64,000 bases of DNA from the human T2T-CHM13v2.0 reference genome, Homo sapiens: the NCBI RefSeq assembly GCF_009914755.1, contig NC_060935.1, one strand, 5' to 3'. This document shows, in pieces, positions 1 through 14,272 of this stretch. A program made the translations under genes and the position numbers. The notes under the pieces were generated by a model, which was not told the DNA's origin, made no database searches, and saw only the letters and a list, made by a program, of their open reading frames with translations. How positions within the stretch are numbered: the first letter of the stretch is position 1; every line of letters starts with the position of its first letter.

Positions 1-587
1 CTTTTGTTGCTTTGTTTTGGAATAAACCCATGTTACAATTTTGAGAGAAAACTCCAGGCTGTCCAGGCCTGCTCTTGCAAGGCCCGGGGTCTCTCTGTTG
101 GGGAACCTCGACCGACTCCAGGTTTGCTGCTTCAGAGAGTAAGCTGGCAGGGGATGCAGAAGGGATACAGTGGGCTGGTTCTACTCACTTCTCCACTGGA
201 CGAAGCCAGCATTTGACCCCAGACAACAGCATCCCCAGGCATTCTGTCTTCTGCTTAAAGACTCCTCCTCCATCTGAACTGTGGCCCCTTGATGGGCTTC
301 ATGGCTGAGTAACACTGGCAGACCTCCGAGGAGAGGGATGGAACAGGGCCTGATCTGACAACAGCCTCCCAGAGAGAAGTGACGGTGGCTACACAGTCTG
401 GCTTCAAGGTCAAAGTTCCTAAAACCTTGCATCCCTTTATGCACTAGTACTGGGGCAACGATCTAGAAAAGTGAAAGGAACTCAGACACCTTTGACTGCA
501 TCATGGGCATCACTCTAAAGCAGGCTGGAGGGAAGGAATAACAATAATTATAACAAGTGAGACCCTGCCTCAAAAATAATGATATTT

Positions 588-907
<320 letters not shown>

Positions 908-915
908 TATTTAAC

Positions 916-1110
916 TATGATAACAGCTACCAGTTACTAAGGACTTACTTTGCGTGGAAGTGCACTCGAGTCTTAGACTAATTCATGATGTGGCACTATC
1001 ACCCTTTCTTACAATAAGTAAAAGAACAGAAGATGACAGAAGCCAAGGTCACAGCTAGTAAGCCACAGAGCCAGGATTCAAACCCAGGCTGACGGGCCTC
1101 CATTTTGGAG
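916..1110 (-). mobile_element. MIR fragment
   Basis: AAGGTCACAGCTAGTAAG...GAGCCAGGATTCAAACCCAGG is the reverse complement of the MIR core. Confidence 0.7.
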
Positions 1111-1273
1111 CTCTAAACCACCAGGCTGCACTCCATCACCAGAGACTGCAGTTCCTCTCACCTGGACTCTCAGTTTGCCCTTTATTAATACTATGATTCT
1201 TTCAGTTGTCTTATTTCTGGTTATAGCCGTTTTAATATGATCTTTGCATCCCTGCGTTAAGTAGTGGATTGGA

Positions 1274-1319
1274 ATATACACACACACACACACACACGCG
1301 TGTGTGTGTATGTATATAT
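1274..1319. repeat. (CA)n-CGCG-(TG)n alternating purine/pyrimidine tract
   Basis: Read directly; perfect 22-bp palindrome at 1288-1309. Confidence 0.95.
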
Positions 1320-1429
1320 TTTTTTCTTTTTTTTAAAGGCACACCTCAGCTGGATAACATTAAAAAAGAAAAGAAAAATACAGGTCATTTTTTCTTGGCC
1401 AAGAAGATATCATTGTGTCTAGGTGGGAG

Positions 1430-1750
1430 GTATGAGGTCAGACCAATGGTTCTGCAGAACCCTGTTTCAGACCTGGGATCCCATTAGGCATGCAGGTCAG
1501 CCACACAGTCTTGGCCGAGTGCAGTATTGCGCAAACGTGCCTTGAGTTTCCAATCTGGAAACATTTCCTGCTTTTCCACTTCCAGCCAGCTCTCATCCTC
1601 AGGCAGAGGTTGCCAGCCATTCCAGACTAAGCGGGGGTGATGACGTCAGTGGAGAGAACCGGACCAGCAGCCTGGATGCTCCGACTCCCGCCTGGGGCCT
1701 GAATCCTGGCCTCTGAAGGATGTTTCTGAGGTGGTAGTGACTCACCTGGG
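1430..1750. promoter_or_regulatory. Candidate enhancer with C/EBP, CRE and AP-1 motifs
   Basis: TTGCGCAA 1527-1534, TGACGTCA 1641-1648, TGACTCA 1738-1744 in non-repetitive DNA. Motif evidence only. Confidence 0.45.
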
Positions 1751-3595
1751 CTCCAGGCTGGCAAAGCTGCCTCGAGAGTCCTCATTCAGCTCCCTGCATC
1801 TTGACTATTTCTGAGGTAAACTGTGGGGACCTAAGCCCACACCACATTGAATCCCTTCCCCAAACCCAACAGGAAACATCAGATTCCATCATTTGTAATC
1901 TATCTGGCTTGGATCCATGACAGCATTCCTTACGCAAGCCCTGACTCCAACAGGGCTGAAGCCTGCAGGCCGAGGCTGTGCTGGGGAGTCTGAGTTACAG
2001 GCACCATTCTCCTCCCCTCCTGGAATGAGCCCTATTAATAATGGCTGAAGAAAAGCAGGTAAATGCCCCTCCTACCCCAGGGAAAAACATCCAGCCCTGC
2101 TGTAGAAGCCACACACACTTGACTTTCTCCAGAGATGTTTAGGGCAGGGGAAATGGGGGACCATGGCATGTCACATGCCTCCCCTGAATACAGGGCTCTC
2201 TTTTTTTTTTGTATCCTGCCTTAAGAGGGGGCTAAAGTAGCAAGCTGACCCTTGATATCCTGCCTAGAAATATCCACAGATGACACTGGTACCAACTGCA
2301 ACCACGGTTTTTATGAGCACCCTAATCCACTACAAGTCACCTCCACTCAATGTGGATCCCGACTCCGTGCTTCCCTCGAGATCATTTTCCACCTGCTTTC
2401 ACTAGCTGGTCTGACCAGTTTCCCTGGGCTACCAGGTCTAGTTAAGGGTGGTTGTTAATTATGCACAGAACACTAAGGAATAATAATACACTCTGCCAAT
2501 CTTTCATGTCAAGAACACCAAAATTTTTGACTCAGAACTCCCTATGAGATAAAGCACTTATACCATTCTCATTGGGTCAGCTGGACACAGTCCTGTGATC
2601 CCACAGGTGGAAGAGGTCATGGCCCGAGAAGACAGCTGTCGTCCTGGAAGTCACACAACAGGGCCATTGCTAGACGGTAGAGAGGCTCCAATCAAGGCCA
2701 CTGTCAAATACCTGAACAGAAACCTTTTCACATTTAATCCACCTACTCATTGAGCTCTCAGAAAATAGAAATGGCATTTGGGTATTACCAGTGTGGGAGG
2801 GCTTTGAATTGACAACTCAGGGGTCACAGTCTTTGTTTCTTAGGGGGGACTTCTAATGATATGCTCAAATAGAAAAAATTCAACATCAGAGAGCCATGTC
2901 ACAAATCCTGGTTCACCAGTGCTGCTTGTTTGGTTAAAAAAAAAAAAAAAAGTTCTGATTCGATGTGACTAATAAGTCCCAAGACCACACTGTTGAAGGG
3001 TCCTAACCAATTTAAAAGTTTTAAAAAGCACTCAAAATAGATTGCCTTCCTTCTCCTCAAAACTTAATCAGTTATTCTTGGCTACAAATAAAACCAATAC
3101 TGGTACTTACTTGAAGCTATACTTCATAATCCAGTTACTACTCTTAAGGGAAAATATTAATTCCTAAAATCCTACTTGGCTGTATATACCATGTGGAAAA
3201 AATATAGGGCCACAGAATTCTTCCCCACACACAGTCCCCACCCAGCCTGGCTCTCCCCCATCCGGGCCTGCCATTTCATCTCTGCTTTATTGGCATGCAC
3301 ATCTGGATTACATAAATTTCAAGTATGGGTTTCAATATTAGTACTGCTTAGGGTTACAATACTTGACAAATCTCAAATGCCAGGACGTCAAATCAAATTA
3401 GCTTGACCAGTCACAGAAGACAAGGGGAGAGAGGGATGGACGACTGGAGCACTACAACAATAAACAAGGTGCGCTGCTGATCCACTGTTCCTTGTTTAGC
3501 TGGCATGGAGGCTTCAGACGTGACCTAATAACCTCTCAGATCCAGGAGAATGCGAACCTGCAGGTCCATGTCTCCATCCCTTAGCAGAACAGTAG

Positions 3596-3931
<336 letters not shown>

Positions 3932-4193
3932 TAAAAGTTCAAATGAAACCATTTGGATGCAACCCCAGTTAATCTAGGGTCTCATAAAGAACATCTTTGA
4001 AATTTCAAATTTTACCTTTGTTACTCAAGTTCAGGTCTTAGCCCGTGGAGGTAGCTTTTGGCATGTCATGACCCTGGTATTTCAAGAGGGTGGTGGATTG
4101 GTAAGTCATGCAATTCTTCATGATAAAATCTAGGAGTGAGTGGCTACAAAAGAAGTTATCAAATACTTTTCATTTCATTTCCTAAATGTCTTA

Positions 4194-4510
<317 letters not shown>

Positions 4511-4520
4511 ACAGATTCTC

Positions 4521-4823
<303 letters not shown>

Positions 4824-4973
4824 CAGATTCTCCTTTCTTAATATTCACATATCACTTGTTATAAACTTTTGCAATCTACAGAAGGAGCAGGATATAATAC
4901 AAAAAAACTAAAAAAAAAAGTTAAAAAAATAAAAATAAACTTTGGGGATAATTAGATAATCTAGAATTTCTTC

Positions 4974-5230
4974 AGTGTTTTTCCTAGCTGCTGGGGATGT
5001 TAAAGGGAAAAAGATGCTCATGGAAATTTGATTTGGGTGCTGCTGGACTGAACAAGGTTAAGTTTGTTTCCTTACTGCAGGACTTCTCAGGGCCTTGAAT
5101 ATGCAAATTGCATATTATAAAATGCAAAGAAGGAAAGACAGTGCATTGCATTTTCTAAATATATTTGGCCATGGAACCTTTTCCTGTGCTACATTTTCAT
5201 AGTATTCTGAGAACCACTTTGGGGATTAGT
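4974..5230. mobile_element. Probable old hAT-Charlie/MER-type DNA transposon fossil
   Basis: CAGTGTTTTTCC start, ...CACTTTGGGGA end and internal GCAGGACTTCTCAG resemble MER-class hAT elements; family not resolved. Confidence 0.35.
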
Positions 5231-5980
5231 TGACCCTAAGTCCTCTGGTTAATCATTATCACCCTAATCCCTGATAGAGAAACTAAGGCTATACAATGTG
5301 CTGGCCTCCATTTTGATGCACTGAGGGAATGGCTGAGTGTCCTCACCAGTCCTTGTTAAGGCACAAGGGACAGAATCATGCCTAACTTCCCACAGTCCCC
5401 TGCAGGGCCTGTGCTTGTCAATAACACTGCTTACTTCTTTCCAGGTCTCCAAAATGTCCAACACCCGGGTAGGAGTGGGCATTTCACTGGCGCCTTCATA
5501 AGAGCTAAATCATTGCACACACAAAGCTGTGTGCTGGCATTTCCAAGTCGGAGAGACTCAGTGCCAACTTGGAAAACACTTAGGAGATGTGCTTCAGGTC
5601 AGGCTCCCCATAAACAGGCTGGGAAAGTGGCCAAAGATCCCAGCCACTGTGGAAGTGCAATGGACTCTGGAGATTACAATTAACCTCTGGGGCAGTGTAA
5701 TGTCTGATAATGGCCTGCAAAAAGTACATACAGAAATGCAGCTCCATGGGTATAATGTGTCTGCACAGGTGTTTCGTTTTCTTGCTAGGGTTCTCAGTCA
5801 CTGGGGAAAACTAAGCAGAAACAAACCATCCTCTTACTTCAAAATGAAACCCCAGCAAATGCATGAACTGTCCAGTTTGTGAGTGAGATAGAATGAGCAT
5901 TACTAAGGTGCTATTTATTCATTAGCACCACCAGTTCCTGAAAGCTCACTACTGCCACATGCTTTGCAATGTGTTCTTTA

Positions 5981-6121
5981 TATATTTATATTTATCTTTT
6001 TAAATAGAGATGGGGTCTTGCTATGTTGCCAAGGCTGGTCTTGAACCCCTGGCTCAAGTCATCCTTCTGCCTCAGCCTCCCAAAGTCCTGGGATTATAGG
6101 AGTGAGCTGCCATGCCCGGTC
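5981..6121 (-). mobile_element. Alu monomer (FLAM-like) inserted in a MIR
   Basis: Left-arm-only Alu; TSD TGTTCTTTA at 5972-5980 and 6122-6130; MIR sequence continues to about 6290. Confidence 0.85.
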
Positions 6122-6490
6122 TGTTCTTTACTTTAATCCTCATTATAATCCTATAAAGAGCCTACTATTTTATTCCATTATACAGATGAGGAAATGAGAC
6201 CAGAGAAGTCAAAGATCCAGACAGAGTTAGGGGCAAAGCCAGAATCTGAACTCAGATCTATTTGGCGTCATAGCCTGAGCTTCCCCAACCTATCTGTCTG
6301 ACACTTATTTATGAATCCTTAACTTTATACTATGTACAGTGGGGGTTAAATGGACCAGACAGGGATTCTACTCTCAAGAAGAAATCAGATGTTAAGACAA
6401 AAGGCCCGACACATAAAGATCTAAACTCTAGAAGGTGCTAACACTCACAGAGAAAATAACTTTTACAGCCAGTGACTATTCTAAATGCTT

Positions 6491-6980
<490 letters not shown>

Positions 6981-7414
6981 AGCATTGCAAAGGGAGTGGG
7001 TGAGTCTGGAGCTAAGACAGTGAGGCTGACCCAGGTTCCCAGGCCATGGCTCTGCTACCAGCCTGCTGGGCTGATCTGGTTCCCAACAGGTAGGTTTGAG
7101 GAGAGAGCACCACTGGGTCCTCACTGTACCCATTCAGAAAATCCTCCTCTGATGCCTGTGGCGACTCAGCACCTTCCTAACTCTGACAACTGCCCTGGAG
7201 CCCCTCTTTCTCTCTCTTTTCCTCCCAGGTCTGGGAGGCAGGATAGCTGTCCTAAGCCTTTTGACCTCAGGGCCCCTACTGCTAACATAATAAGCATGTC
7301 TGGGATCTGCCACAATGATCTGTCAACCCTTACAGACTAGACCACATTAAGTCCTCAGTAATAACGGACAATCTCAACACCCACCATCTGGCCAGACACT
7401 AAATTGTGGGAGGG

Positions 7415-7620
7415 GTGCTTTATATGTCATTACTTCTAATCCTTACAACCACCCTGCGAGGTAAGTATCTAATCCCTGTTTAATAAATGCGGATGCTCAG
7501 GCTCAGAGAAGTTAATTAGCTTACCCAAGGGTGATGCAGCAATTGGAGGAGCCAGAACATTAAGTGAAGAGGCAGTGGACTCAAAGTCCTTGGGTGCTTT
7601 CCTCACACCATACTACTTTT
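7415..7620 (-). mobile_element. MIR
   Basis: AATCCTTACAACCACCCTGCGAGGTAAGTA...GGCTCAGAGAAGTTAA. Confidence 0.7.
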
Positions 7621-8695
7621 CCTAAGATACACATATAACTACCCGCAATATAATGAAGAAAATGGGAAGCTCCTTAATTGTGGCACAGATAGAGCAAAGC
7701 AGGGGAGGTTGTTTCAAGCTAGGAGGAGGTGGTGGCAATGAAAGTGGTCATAGTTGCCTTAAATGGGGGAGCCCAGAACATACTGGGCCAAGCAGCAAAG
7801 TTCTAGGCATTCCAGGAATGGGAACCTCCACCCAAACCACTGTCTCAGCAAGCAGAACACCCAGCGTGGTCCCTCCTGGCCCAGGAACATGCACCCCCAT
7901 CCAGTGTACAGGTGTGGGCATCTTCCTGGTGAACACCTAGCAAGGGTTCTCTAAGACCTTCCCACTCAGACAGCTGATCCTGATTCCGCTATCTGCTTCT
8001 CCATGTGTGTCTGCTCCAATCTTAGATCCCAGGTCCTAGCTCTGTACTGGCTTGAAACCACCCTGAGTTCCCTGTTTAGCACAGCTGCCCACACCCAAGC
8101 CTCAGAATTATTCTGGCTCCTACTGAAATCCAGGGTGTGGCTCAATACATACACACAGCATCATCCCTTCCACCCACTAACAGAGCCTCTGTGCCTCCCC
8201 TGGGCCCTTTTGTCTAGACAATCCTGTAACCTTCACCAACGCTGTGCCAACCATGCTCTGAAATTCTAGCACAGCCCTTCGGGGACTCCCGCTGGGCAGG
8301 GCAATGAAGGCCAGAACCCAAATGATTTGTTTTCTTCAGAAAATCCAGATGATTCCTAAGAGTCATCCCCACAAGGAAGCTGCACCACCGAGTTCCAGTA
8401 TGTTGATAGCTTATTCATCTGAAGTTGCTTGCTATTCACAGACACGAAGCTACATCGCAGGATGGAAGCAAGGCTTACCTTCACCTTCTAGCTCTTGGAA
8501 CACTGTGCCTCTTCTCTTATTCAAATGTCACACTTTGATATTATTCAAAAAATTATCCCAAACAAGTCATTGAGACTGTATGGAAATATTTTGGTACAGA
8601 TGAAGTTCACAGCAGTGCTGATATAACAGAGGACAAATAAACTATAAATCAAAATACCTAGTAATAGGCGATGGATTACATAAGTCCATTATATA

Positions 8696-9012
8696 TGTCT
8701 TAGTTCGTTTGAGCTGTTCTAGCAAAATACCATAATGTAGGTAGGTGACTTAGAAACAACAGAAATTCATCTCTTATGGTTCTGGAGACTGGGAAGTACA
8801 AGATCAAGGGAGATAAGTGTCCAATGAGGGCCTGCTTTCTGGTTCATAGATGGCACTTTCTCCCTGCATCCTCACACGGTGGAAGAGCCGAAGCAGCTCT
8901 CTGGGGCCTCTTCCCAAAGGTCTCACTTCCTAATATAATCCCATTGGTGATTAGGTATCAACATATGAATCTGGGGTGGGGAGGGGACACAAACATTAAG
9001 ACCATTGTAATA
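8696..9012 (-). mobile_element. MaLR LTR (MLT1-type) within old L1M fragments
   Basis: TGTCTTAGTT...AAACAACAGAAATT...TTCTGGAGACTGGGAAGTACAAGATCAAGG...GGGGACACAAACATT. Confidence 0.8.
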
Positions 9013-9234
9013 TAGAACATTTCATATAATGAAATACCTTGTAGGGCATTGAAAATGAACATGTAGAAGAGCTGTATTTATTGATTTGGAAAGATATTTA
9101 TAATACATTGAGTGAAAAGCAGGTTTTAAAATAGTATTAAAAGTGAGATCACACTTTTGTAAAGAAAATATCTATATGCACATCAACATCTTGACACAAA
9201 CTCCAAGCAGTGAGATAGATTGATGTAACGTACT

Positions 9235-9552
9235 TTTCTTTTTTCTTTTCTTTTCTTTTTTTTTGGAGACAGAGTCTCACTCTGTTGCCCAGGCTGGAGT
9301 GCAGTGGCGCAATCTTGGCTCACTGCACCCTCCACCTCCCAGGTTCAGGTAATTAGCCTGCCTCAGCCTTCCAAGTAGCTGGGATTACAGGCATGCACCA
9401 CCACACCTGGCTAATTTTTTTTTCTTTTTTTTAGTAGAGACGGGGTTTCACCATGTTGGCCAGGCTGGTCTCAAACTCCTGAACTCAGGTGATTCGCCCA
9501 CCTCGGCCTCCCAAAATGCTGGGACTACAAGCATGAGCCACCGTGCCTGGCC
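9235..9552 (-). mobile_element. Alu (AluS-type)
   Basis: Full dimer, (TTTTC)n tail, TGTAA(C/T)GT(A/G)CTTTTC TSD. Confidence 0.93.
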
Positions 9553-9572
9553 TTGTAATGTGCTTTTCATGA

Positions 9573-9938
<366 letters not shown>

Positions 9939-9940
9939 AT

Positions 9941-10236
9941 CTTTTTCTTTTTTTGAGATGGAATCTCGCTCTGTAACCCAGGCTGGAGTGCAGTGGCACG
10001 ACCTCAGCTCACTACAACCTCCACCTCCTGGGTTCAAGTGATTCTCATGTCTCAGCCTCTGGAGTAGCTGGGATTACAGGCACGTGCCACCATGCTCAGC
10101 TAATTTTTGTACTTTTAGTAGAGATGGGGTTTCACCATGTTGGCCAGGCTGATCTCGAACTCCTGACCTCAAGTGATCCGCCTACCTTGGCCTCCTAGAA
10201 TTCTGGGATTATAGGTGTGAGCCACCACACCCAGCC
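9941..10236 (-). mobile_element. Alu (AluSx-like)
   Basis: Full dimer; AAAAAGTCTT brackets the tandem pair (about 9623 and 10241). Confidence 0.92.
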
Positions 10237-10712
10237 TGTAAAAAAGTCTTGATTAAAGAAGTAGCATATATCCATTTAGCAAGTATCAAAGTATATATTG
10301 AGAAAAAATACCATCTCATAAATCTAAGCTTCAAAGTTCCAAATTTAATCAAAGGCAAATTAGAGCATGGGTCAGGACAGAATATTATAACTAAATGCCA
10401 GCCAGCATAGAGGGTAGCATCACAAGGTGACCGTTGAGGATACTATTTTTTGTAGGTGGTCTTTCAACTGCAAAATATTTCCCCAAGAATAAGGAGACAC
10501 AGCTGCCAGGAAACTTAGTCCCAGGGGCCACATTTGGTTCCTTACTCTCAGCAACCAGGCTTCCAACTGGCTTTCTTATCTCCTAATAAGATCCTTTCTA
10601 AAGCCAGAAGGAAGAGAGAATGCTTCACTAGCCAGTTTTATGGAAGTAAGTTGCTGAGTTCTCCAGCTTCTTGGTAAATCTAAAGGAGGGCTTCCCTACC
10701 TGGATTGATAAT

Positions 10713-10878
10713 GCAGAGCATCTCAAACTGTGCCATGCACATGAATCCCTGGGATCTTGTCCAAACAGGGCTCTGATACAGGAGGTCTATGGTGGGGCTT
10801 TTGAGAGTCTGCATTTCTAACGAGCCCCCAGGTAATGCCGATGCTGCTGGTGCAGAGACCTCACTCTGGGCAGTAAGG
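10713..10878. mobile_element. MER5A-like hAT-Charlie element
   Basis: TCTCAAACT...GAATCCCTGGGATCTTG...TCTGCATTTCTAACGAGCCCCCAGGTAATGCCGATGCTGCTGGT. Confidence 0.8.
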
Positions 10879-12767
10879 CCCAATCCATGTCTCAGATAGA
10901 AGAACTGGGCTCAGCCCAGGGATGCTCAGCTGAACTGAGACAATGGGCCACGTCACATCATCCTGTAGGGCAGAGATGGCTCAGCTTTGGGAAACCTTTA
11001 GCTTCTCAGGCCACTGGTGATTAATGAGCAAATGACCCCCGTGTAACCCTAAAGGATTTGGATGATTTAATGTTCTTATCAAAATGGGCCATTTGCCAGA
11101 GTGACCAGAAGGATTGGCCCCAATGTCTGAGCTGCCTTACAGAACCTCTTTGTATAACCAGAATCACCCTTGGGTACCTGGAAAAGGCAGGCAGCACCAA
11201 AGCTTCTATTCAGAAACAGAACTTTAATCACACTAATAAATCGGCCTGCAAACAGGAATTATTGACTGGCTTCCATGAAAGCTGACGCTGGAAGAAAAGG
11301 TGTGAGAGTGGAAGACAGAGGTGAGGAGGTCATACTTAGGGTGAGTTGTTGACGGATGAACAAGAAGCAGGGGATGGGTAACTGTAACCAGAGAGGTGGA
11401 GAAAGCGGAGGGCTTAAACACACATAGGAACATTTATAAAATAAATAAATATTTGTAAATAAATTAAAATGATAAGAGATGGACCCAAGTCCAGCACTGC
11501 AGCCAGAAATCTGTCAGGAGGCCCTGAACACTGGCAGCAGGCTGTGTGCCTGCACACACCCCACCTGATACCGCCTGGAGCCAGAGGGGTGTTAATGAGG
11601 CTGGGTGGAGAGGCAGACCCCATTTTTCATCACTGACACTCAGACTGGCCGTCCTCAGCCCAGGACCCTGGCCAGTCAATCAGCTGCCAGCTCCGCTGTG
11701 TGTAAACACCTTCCATCCTCAGTCAGCAAAAGAGGCAGGTGCTGGAGATCTGGTCACGGTCAGTTGGACAATCTGATAAAGCCTTCCTGGGGTCGCTGTG
11801 GCCCAAGAACAGCCCTGGCATAATTAGACCAGGCGGAGGGGGGCTGTCAGGCAATCCAGGCGGAAATCACAGGGTCTCTGCCAATCAAAAGGAAACCCAA
11901 CCGAGGGGACCGGTGGGGAGGGGGACATTTGCTGTACAAGTGGACAGTGGGGGAGGGGAGGTTTCCCCGAGGCTGGATGATGACTCTGGCAGGGCTACGC
12001 AGCTCATTATGCAAGCCCCAGAGTTAGGCGGGTGCTATCGATCACTATCGGGGGTCCCTGGGGATTCATCATTATATAGCAGGACCTAGTGCGTGCTTTG
12101 CTCTGGCGGTAACCAGAGGAACATGGCAATGCATCCTTGCCAACGGAAAACAGGGTGGCCCTTTTTTCCCCTCTTTTAATTATCTTGCAGGCCTTCTTAA
12201 CCACAAAGGTGCAGAAATGGACAGTAATAACAAAAACACCTCAAAAGGTTTGTAGTTTACAAGGCCATTCTATACGTGCAATCTTAGGGAGGCCAGGCGA
12301 GGGTTCATCCTTAAGATAGCATGGCTGGGAACACAGGGGCCTGCTGCTCTACCCTGGAGCCGTCACACGTGCACAAAATGCTAGATTCACTCAGGGATTT
12401 CAGTATTTTTAAGAGCTGGGTAGCGCTCTCCAACCACTCTCCCAGCATGGGCCTCTATGACATCTCAATTGGCTGGGTGCTTCTGACTGCTTTTTGGGAA
12501 GAGATGCCCAGGTTACTGAGAGGCAAGCACTTCTTTTACTCCGTTGTTTCTTCTTTTACTAAGCTAAAAGTTCCCCTCCTGCATCTTGTGTCTGTAACTG
12601 GGATGGTCTAAACTTGATGGGCAGCCTCTGTCCTGGGCCTACTTGCACCTTGGGAAAGGAGTCTCTTGGTACATTGCCCAAATAAATTCAACTCAATGAC
12701 CCAATACTATAGTTGGGGAAAACAAAAGAGATTTACATTGCACATTTATAGAAGAAAACATTATAAT

Positions 12768-12877
12768 CGCCTGTAGTCTCAGCTACTTGGGAGGCAGAGG
12801 CAGGATGACTGCCTGAGCCCAGGAGTTTGAGGCCAGCCTGGGCAACATAGAAAGACCCTGTCTCAAAAAAAAAAAAA
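12768..12877 (+). mobile_element. Alu monomer (FLAM-like, 5' truncated)
   Basis: CCTGTAGTCTCAGCTACTTGGGAGG...GCCCAGGAGTTTGAGGCCAGCC...A tail. Confidence 0.85.
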
Positions 12878-12880
12878 TTA

Positions 12881-13389
<509 letters not shown>

Positions 13390-13529
13390 TAGATCTCCCA
13401 TTCCTGTTTTTGGTTCTCACCATCCATCACCATTTTCATGCTGTTTCTGCTCTTCTCATCATTCCCAGCAAAACAAAAGCCTTTTAGCTAGGACTCTCAA
13501 CATGTCTCCCCTTGGAGGCTTAGAAACAT

Positions 13530-13985
13530 ATTCACGGACATTATGCTGAGTAAAAGAAACCAGCCTCAAAAGCTTATATACTGCATGACTCCATTTATAT
13601 GATATTCACACAAGACAGAACTACCACCATGGAGAACAGATTGGTGGTTGCCGGGGCTGGGGGAGGGAAGGGTGTGACTATCAGGCATAGCAGGAGGGAG
13701 CTCTGGAGGGATGGAACTGTTCTGCCTCCTCATCATGGTGGTGGTTGCACAAATGAATACATGTGTTAACTCATAGGACTTGGGCTGGGTGCTGTCATGG
13801 CTCATGCCTGTAATCCCAGCACTTCGGGAGGCTGAGGTGGGAAGACTGCTTGAGCCCAGGAGTTCAAGACCAGCCTGGGCAACATAGTAAGACCTTGTCT
13901 TTATTGAAAAAAAAAAAAAAAAAGACTCATAGGACTGTACACACACCCTTAAAAGTCAAATTTACTGTATGATAATTTAAAAAAT
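13530..13985 (+). mobile_element. Old L1M 3' fragment interrupted by an Alu monomer (13782-13923)
   Basis: ACATTATGCTGAGTAAAAGAAACCAG...GTGGTTGCCGGGGCTGGGG; monomer TSD ACTCATAGGACT. Confidence 0.75.
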
Positions 13986-14011
13986 ATACACAGCAAAAGA
14001 AGAGATCTCTT

Positions 14012-14272
14012 GGCTGGGTGTGGTGGCTCATGCCTGTAATCCTAGCACTTTGAGAGGCCAGGAGTTTGAGACCAGCCTGAGACCAGCCCGGCCAACATGG
14101 CAAAACCCTGTCTCTACTAAAAATACAAAAATTAATGATGTGCGCCTGTAGTCCCAGCTACTCAGGACTCTGAGGTGGAAGAATCGCTTGAATCTGGGAG
14201 GTGGAGGCTGTAGTGAGCTAAGAGCACACCAGCCTGGGTGACAGAGCAAGACTCTGCCAAATAAATAAATAA
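14012..14272 (+). mobile_element. Alu with internal deletions and a short duplication
   Basis: Alu ends recognisable; GAGACCAGCC repeated; AGATCTC flanks. Confidence 0.88.
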
